From the NCBI RefSeq assembly GCF_035285525.1, contig NZ_JAYKGW010000045.1, positions 1-6,212 of the forward strand: a DNA stretch of 6,212 bases, read 5' to 3'. The notes under the pieces were generated by a model. The model did not search any database, had not been told where the DNA came from, and saw only the letters and a list, made by a program, of their open reading frames with translations. A program made the position numbers and the translations under genes. The DNA is from Okeania sp. GTDB lineage: Bacteria; Cyanobacteriota; Cyanobacteriia; Cyanobacteriales; Microcoleaceae. Within the stretch, counting starts at the first letter, position 1, and every line of letters starts with the position of its first letter. This document shows positions 1 through 4,186 of the stretch, one piece after another.

Positions 1-1
1 A

Positions 2-823
2 ATTTTAGATTATTTTGGTGAAGTATTGCAGCCAGAATTAACTTTAGCTGATGCAATTAAACAAGGTGCTTTAGCTCGTTATCTTTATTATCCAGTTTTA
101 GTAGAATTGACTGAAGAGGAAAGTCGAAATTATGCAAAACTTACCTCTAAAATTGGTTGGGCATTATTATTATCAGAAAAAGAAAATGTAGAAATAGAAA
201 AAGAAGATTTAAAAGCTTTATTGATGCAGCGTTCCCGATTAATTGCTTCAGCAGCAAATAAATTAACAGCATTAAGAAAATTAATGGCAAGTCGTTTACA
301 AACAACTCATACTTTATTTTATTGTGGAGATGGTTCGGTAGAAACAGAAAATATTTCAAATTTACGACAAATGGAAGCGGTGGTAAAAATATTAGGTTCA
401 GAATTAGGTTATAGAGTTAATAGTTATATTGCGGAAACTCCGATTAAAAAAAGAGAGAAATTAAGACAACAATTTGAAAGTGGAGAGTTACAAGGTTTAG
501 TAGCAATTAATTGTTTAGATGAAGGGGTAGATATACCTGTAATTAAAAATGCAGTTATCTTAGCAAGTAGTCGAAATCCTCGACAGTTTATTCAGAGAAG
601 AGGTAGAATTTTACGACCTCATCCCAATAAGGAAAGAGCAACTTTATTTGATATGATTGTTTTGCCTCCAGATCTGGGTAGAAGTAGTTTAGAGGTAGAA
701 CGAAATTTGCTGAGAAAAGAGTTAAAAAGGTTCTTAGAATTTGCCGATTTAGCAGATAATGCTGGAGAAGCTAGAGTTAAGTTATTAAACATTCAAAAAA
801 GGTATGGATTATTAGATATTTGA
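2..823 (+). CDS. SF2 helicase, C-terminal (RecA2) half; ResIII/Helicase_C-type DEAD/DEAH-like helicase; 5' end lies outside the window
   Basis: The frame is open from nt 2 (ILDYFGEV...), so the TTG at 26 used by the ORF track is probably not the true start. The translation carries helicase C-terminal motifs: LFYCG (motif IV-like), LVAINCLDEGVDIP (motif V; DEGVDIP = 518-538) and QFIQRRGRILR (motif VI; QRRGRILR = 593-616). Stop TGA is at 821-823. Confidence 0.8.
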   Translation: MLDYFGEVLQPELTLADAIKQGALARYLYYPVLVELTEEESRNYAKLTSKIGWALLLSEKENVEIEKEDLKALLMQRSRLIASAANKLTALRKLMASRLQTTHTLFYCGDGSVETENISNLRQMEAVVKILGSELGYRVNSYIAETPIKKREKLRQQFESGELQGLVAINCLDEGVDIPVIKNAVILASSRNPRQFIQRRGRILRPHPNKERATLFDMIVLPPDLGRSSLEVERNLLRKELKRFLEFADLADNAGEARVKLLNIQKRYGLLDI

Positions 824-872
824 TAATATACAATATTAGAATAAAATTCATTAAGCTAATTGTTAACAATGA

Positions 873-878
873 AAGGAG
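873..878 (+). promoter_or_regulatory. Shine-Dalgarno-like AAGGAG upstream of the GmrSD-like gene
   Basis: AAGGAG at 873-878 lies 12 nt upstream of ATG 891. The spacer includes an A8 run (882-889). Confidence 0.55.
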
Positions 879-890
879 AATAAAAAAAAT

Positions 891-3014
891 ATGTCTCTAG
901 AATTACCAGAAGCAAATCCTAAAAACTTGTTAGATATTATTAAATATGCTGTGGAAGGAACAGTTGTTATTCCTGATTTTCAAAGATCTTTTGTTTGGAA
1001 AAAAGATGATATTCAAGATTTATTAACTTCTTTATTGCAGGGTTATTTTATCGGAATATTTTTGATGTTAGATACCTCTAGTAAAAACCCAATGTTTCCT
1101 TTTAGATTTGTGGAGGGAATAACAGATAAACCTAATGCTACAGACAATGTAAGGTTAGTTCTTGATGGTCAGCAACGCATTACTTCTCTATATTATGCAC
1201 TTTATGAACCTAATCAACCTCTAAAAGGGGCTAAAAATCCTTATCGTTTTTATTTACGTTTAGAGTCAGTTTTAGATAATGATTTAGAAAGTGCAGTGAT
1301 AGGTATATCTGAACGGGATAGCCGTAGAAGAAAAGAATATGATGAATTAGTAAAACAACACAAAGCCTTACCTTTTTCTCTATTGCGAGATTCTAATAGT
1401 TTTAATAAGTGGCTGTATCGAGAACAAGATATTTGGGAGGATAAACAACAAGAATTATTGATAAATATCCATGAAAGGCTCCATAAATTTATGGTTCCTG
1501 TTATTTCCTTATCTCCTGAAACAAGAGAAGAAGATATTGTCAATATTTTTGAGCGAATTAATCGTACTGGTGCTAGTCTTTCTCTTTTTGATTTGGCTGT
1601 AGCAAATATTTATAAAAAGGGAGTAAATTTACGAGATTTATGGCAGAAAGCTCAAAATAATTATCAGGAAGTTACAGATTTAATTAAACCAGAATTTTTA
1701 CTGAGACTAATTGCTTTGGGGCAAGCCATAGAACCAAAAAAAGGTAACTTATTAAAAATGACAAGATACATAGAAGGAGAATTATTTAAAAAGTTATGGC
1801 ATGAAGCAGTTAAGTCAATAGTAACAGCTTATCAAAGATTAATTAATGTGTATGGAGCCTTTGATTCTAAGTGGATTCCTTATACTACTTTAATTGTTCC
1901 TTTGGCTGCTTTATTAAATAAAATAAATCGAATTTCTGCTGGTGCTGAAGCTTATCAAAAGTTAGATTGTTTTTATTGGGGATGTATTTTAGGTCAGCGT
2001 TATGACAATGCTGTAGATAGCAAAATTCATTATGATTTTCAAAATGTTAGTGGATGGATAGATAATCAGGGAAATGCACCAGAATGGTTGCAAAAATTAT
2101 CTGTTCAAAGTTTTGATTTAAAGACTGAGGAAAGTTATACAACTTTATATAGAGGATTAATGGGATTAATTGCTTGTGAAGGTTCTAAAGATTTTTTAAC
2201 AGGGCAACCTGCAGAAATTAATAAATGTCAAGATGACCATATTTTTCCTAAGTCTAGGTATAGTGAAAAATATGATAATTTAGTTGATAGTATTCTGAAT
2301 CGAACTTTAATTTCTCAAGCAACTAATAGATGTAAAAGTAATAAACTTCCGGCGGATTTTTTAGATGATTGTTTGGCTAAACATGGTGGTAATAAAGAGC
2401 AGCTTTTAGAAACTTTAGCTAGTCATTTTATTGATGAGGATGGGTATGCAGCAATGCAAAATAATGATTTTATTCGTTTTATAAATTCTCGTCAGAAAGT
2501 TATGCAAAAAAAATTACAAGAAATTGTATCTTTAGCTGAACCTATTGAGGAGTTAGAAGTTGTTTTTGAAGATGAGGTGACATATTGGTTAACTCCAGTT
2601 GCTGCTACTGAGGAACGTTCTGCTTCTGAGCAAATTAAGTTTTTGGTTGGTGAAGAAAAGATTTATGCTTTTGGAGATAAAACTCCTGGTAGAAAAAGTC
2701 TTAAGTCTGGGGATAATATTTGTTTTTATGCTGCTGCTAAGGGTATTGTTGCTCATGCTTTAGTTAAAACTAAACCAGAAAAGTCGGCTCATCCTAAAAT
2801 TTTTAATTCTGATAGGTATCCTTGGGTTTTTGAGTTAGAAAAACCTTGTTTATATTTGGATAATCCTGTAGTTTTAGATGAAGATTTAAGGAATAAGTTA
2901 GATGCTTTTTTAGGGCGTAGCGATCGTTCTAATTGGTCATGGTTTGTTCAGGTTACTAGAAAAATTTCTGCCAATGATTTTGTAGTTTTGACTAGAGATT
3001 TTTATAAGGTATAA
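891..3014 (+). CDS. GmrSD-family (DUF262 + DUF1524) type IV restriction-like nuclease with an additional C-terminal EVE/PUA-like domain
   Basis: 707-aa ORF. DUF262 signatures: IPDFQRSFVW (aa 27-36), DGQQR (aa 92-96, nt 1164-1178) and FERINRTGASLSLFDL. DUF1524/His-Me finger-type signature: DDHIFPKS (His450 = nt 2238-2240) followed by LNRTLISQATNRCKSNK. About 145 further residues follow the nuclease domain. Stop TAA is at 3012-3014. Confidence 0.85.
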   Translation: MSLELPEANPKNLLDIIKYAVEGTVVIPDFQRSFVWKKDDIQDLLTSLLQGYFIGIFLMLDTSSKNPMFPFRFVEGITDKPNATDNVRLVLDGQQRITSLYYALYEPNQPLKGAKNPYRFYLRLESVLDNDLESAVIGISERDSRRRKEYDELVKQHKALPFSLLRDSNSFNKWLYREQDIWEDKQQELLINIHERLHKFMVPVISLSPETREEDIVNIFERINRTGASLSLFDLAVANIYKKGVNLRDLWQKAQNNYQEVTDLIKPEFLLRLIALGQAIEPKKGNLLKMTRYIEGELFKKLWHEAVKSIVTAYQRLINVYGAFDSKWIPYTTLIVPLAALLNKINRISAGAEAYQKLDCFYWGCILGQRYDNAVDSKIHYDFQNVSGWIDNQGNAPEWLQKLSVQSFDLKTEESYTTLYRGLMGLIACEGSKDFLTGQPAEINKCQDDHIFPKSRYSEKYDNLVDSILNRTLISQATNRCKSNKLPADFLDDCLAKHGGNKEQLLETLASHFIDEDGYAAMQNNDFIRFINSRQKVMQKKLQEIVSLAEPIEELEVVFEDEVTYWLTPVAATEERSASEQIKFLVGEEKIYAFGDKTPGRKSLKSGDNICFYAAAKGIVAHALVKTKPEKSAHPKIFNSDRYPWVFELEKPCLYLDNPVVLDEDLRNKLDAFLGRSDRSNWSWFVQVTRKISANDFVVLTRDFYKV
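2580..3011 (+). other. C-terminal EVE/ASCH-like (PUA-fold) putative modified-base reader domain of the GmrSD-like protein
   Basis: From aa 564: TYWLTPV ... LKSGDNICFYAAAKGIVAHALVKTKPE ... YPWVFELEKPCLYLDNPVVLDEDL ... RKISANDFVVL. This matches the EVE pattern: YWL start, GD-x-hFYH-like strand followed by G-I-V-hydrophobic, W-x-V-x-hydrophobic, and a C-terminal L-S/T-xx-F-xx-L. The assignment is by eye only. Confidence 0.45.
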
Positions 3015-3160
3015 AATTATCAATATAAGTCAGAAAAAAATTACATGATAATTAACACCAAAAATCTATGCCTAATATCATAATTAACCTACCCGATGAA
3101 ATATTTTATTCTTCATAGCTAGGTTGTGAAAAATAAATAATAAACTTTTTTTACCAGAGA

Positions 3161-3168
3161 GCGATCGC
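3161..3168. repeat. HIP1 (highly iterated palindrome 1) octamer GCGATCGC
   Basis: Perfect GCGATCGC, embedded in the 10-bp palindrome AGCGATCGCT (3160-3169). A 7/8 copy, GCGATCGT, lies at 2920-2927 inside the GmrSD-like gene. Confidence 0.6.
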
Positions 3169-3335
3169 TAATAATTCTTTATCAATAAATACCTATATTT
3201 TGATCTAAAAATTACTTAAAAAATATCAAAAATGACAGTTTAAATAAAACTCAATTCACTATAAAATATTGTCGAACCAGATTCAGTGTATTTCAGAAAG
3301 CTATCTCTATCATTTTTTTCTTTTTTTCCAAGTTT

Positions 3336-3377
3336 ACTCCTTCTTCCTTTTTCCTTCTTCCTTCTTACTTCTTACTT
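3336..3377 (+). repeat. Heptanucleotide tract, 6 units of consensus CTTCCTT, directly upstream of the 81-aa ORF
   Basis: ACTCCTT CTTCCTT TTTCCTT CTTCCTT CTTACTT CTTACTT, followed by AAATAAAA-ATG(3386). It is preceded by the pyrimidine run T7CT7CC (3313-3329). Confidence 0.85.
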
Positions 3378-3385
3378 AAATAAAA

Positions 3386-3631
3386 ATGACTTTAAAATAT
3401 TCAGATAAAGTAATCAAAGAAATATCAACTATTTTTGCTGAAAAGCATTCTAAATATAATCCTAAAACTCAAAATAAACTCAATAATATTCAAGAGCCAA
3501 TTACGACGGCTCCCCCAGAAGTAAAAAAAATTATTGCGCGAGTTTTACAATTAGAAAAAGACAGACTTTATAAAAAAACTCCTAGAATTAATGATGATAT
3601 TATCAAAATTATTAAAGAAGCAATTCAATGA
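3386..3631 (+). CDS. Hypothetical 81-aa lysine-rich protein. Its stop overlaps an ATPase-type start codon (ATGA).
   Basis: ATG 3386 is the first start after an in-frame TAA (3377-3379). There is no obvious SD. The stop TGA (3629-3631) overlaps ATG 3628 of the first copy of the ATPase start, an arrangement typical of translationally coupled operon partners. I recognise no family. Confidence 0.5.
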   Translation: MTLKYSDKVIKEISTIFAEKHSKYNPKTQNKLNNIQEPITTAPPEVKKIIARVLQLEKDRLYKKTPRINDDIIKIIKEAIQ

Positions 3632-3711
3632 AATTAATTTTAATTATTTTGTGTAATTTTCGACAATTTTACGGCAAAAGTCGAGAAATAGTTTTAGCAT
3701 CAGGGAAATAG
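3628..3711 (+). pseudogene. Truncated ATPase start, copy 0 (MKLILIILCNFRQFYGKSREIVLASGK*)
   Basis: 27 codons homologous to ATPase codons 1-27. TAG at 3709-3711 takes the place of Gln28. The ATG overlaps the small-ORF stop. Confidence 0.8.
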
Positions 3712-3717
3712 AGTTTT

Positions 3718-3745
3718 CTTACTTCTTACTTCTTCCTTTTCCCTT
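3718..3745 (+). repeat. Heptamer tract, 4 units
   Basis: CTTACTT CTTACTT CTTCCTT TTCCCTT. Confidence 0.85.
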
Positions 3746-3763
3746 AAATCAAGAAGCAATTCA

Positions 3764-3847
3764 ATGAAATTAATTTCAATTATTTTGTGTAATTTCTGGC
3801 AGTTTTATGGCAAAATATTACAAATAGTTTTGAAATCAGGGAAATAA
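3764..3847 (+). pseudogene. Truncated ATPase start, copy 1 (MKLISIILCNFWQFYGKILQIVLKSGK*)
   Basis: 27 codons plus TAA at 3845-3847. Confidence 0.8.
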
Positions 3848-3853
3848 AGTTTT

Positions 3854-3867
3854 CTTCCTTCTTCCTT
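3854..3867 (+). repeat. Heptamer tract, 2 units
   Basis: CTTCCTT CTTCCTT. Confidence 0.85.
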
Positions 3868-3885
3868 AAATCAAGAAGCAATTCA

Positions 3886-3969
3886 ATGAAATTAATTTCA
3901 ATTATTTTGTGTAATTTTCGGCAGTTTTATGGCAAAACTCCAGAAATAATCTTGGCATTGGGAAAATAG
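3886..3969 (+). pseudogene. Truncated ATPase start, copy 2 (MKLISIILCNFRQFYGKTPEIILALGK*)
   Basis: 27 codons plus TAG at 3967-3969. The variable part is of the same type as the genuine gene. Confidence 0.8.
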
Positions 3970-3975
3970 AGTTTT

Positions 3976-4018
3976 CTTAACTTCTTCCTTCTTCCTTCTT
4001 CCTTCTTCCTTCTTCCTT
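3976..4018 (+). repeat. Heptamer tract: one degenerate 8-mer followed by 5 perfect CTTCCTT
   Basis: CTTAACTT, then CTTCCTT x5 (3984-4018). Positions 3981-4018 are 38 nt of pure pyrimidine. Confidence 0.9.
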
Positions 4019-4036
4019 AAATAAAGAAGCATTTCA

Positions 4037-4120
4037 ATGAAACTAATTTCAATTATTTTGTGTAATTTTCGGCAGTTTTATGGCAAAATATTACAAATAG
4101 TTTTGAAATTAGGGAAATAA
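4037..4120 (+). pseudogene. Truncated ATPase start, copy 3 (MKLISIILCNFRQFYGKILQIVLKLGK*)
   Basis: 27 codons plus TAA at 4118-4120. It is in the same reading frame as the genuine ATPase ORF, since 150 nt equals 50 codons. Confidence 0.8.
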
Positions 4121-4126
4121 AATTTT

Positions 4127-4168
4127 CCTCCTTCTTCCTTCTTCCTTCTTCCTTCTTCCTTCTTCCTT
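4127..4168 (+). repeat. Heptamer tract: CCTCCTT followed by 5 perfect CTTCCTT
   Basis: Positions 4123-4168 are 46 nt of pure pyrimidine. The first unit, CCTCCTT, equals the core of the 16S rRNA 3'-end anti-SD sequence. Confidence 0.9.
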
Positions 4169-4186
4169 AAATTAAGAAGTAGTTCA

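Noticed and set aside
147-359. Minus-strand 70-aa ORF from the supplied track
   Set aside because: It lies entirely antisense to the helicase ORF, which has clear motifs. Its translation is low-complexity F/L/I/K-rich sequence, as expected from an AT-rich antisense frame, and it has no recognisable motif.
869-883. Mini-ORF ATG AAA GGA GAA TAA upstream of the GmrSD-like gene
   Set aside because: It has only 4 codons and overlaps the AAGGAG ribosome-binding site. It is most simply explained as a by-product of that site.
1250-1543. Minus-strand 97-aa ORF from the supplied track
   Set aside because: It lies antisense inside the DUF262 region of the GmrSD-like gene. The translation is Ser/Leu-rich and low-complexity with no motifs, so it is most likely a shadow ORF.
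3048-3088. A 9-bp direct repeat, ATAATTAAC, at 3048-3056 and 3080-3088
   Set aside because: It is short and almost pure A/T in a ~30% GC intergenic region, so it is likely a chance occurrence. Nothing else, such as symmetry or a position relative to a mapped promoter, supports an operator role.
3015-3160. Rho-independent terminator downstream of the GmrSD-like gene
   Set aside because: I found no GC-rich hairpin followed by a T-run. The only candidates are stems of 5 bp or fewer in AT-rich sequence (for example ATGAA...TTCAT around 3097-3116), and the T7 run at 3146-3152 has no preceding stem.
3232-3267. Possible sigma70-type promoter: ATGACA (3232-3237) with TATAAAAT (3260-3267) upstream of the small ORF
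   Set aside because: The spacer is 22 nt, well beyond the ~17 nt optimum. In DNA this AT-rich, TATAAT-like hexamers occur everywhere by chance, so a call is not supportable without a mapped transcription start site.
3981-4168. C-rich, G-free tracts as Rho utilisation (rut) sites causing polarity
   Set aside because: The composition fits a rut site, but the HIP1 evidence suggests a cyanobacterial host. Cyanobacteria are generally reported to lack Rho, so this mechanism is unlikely here.
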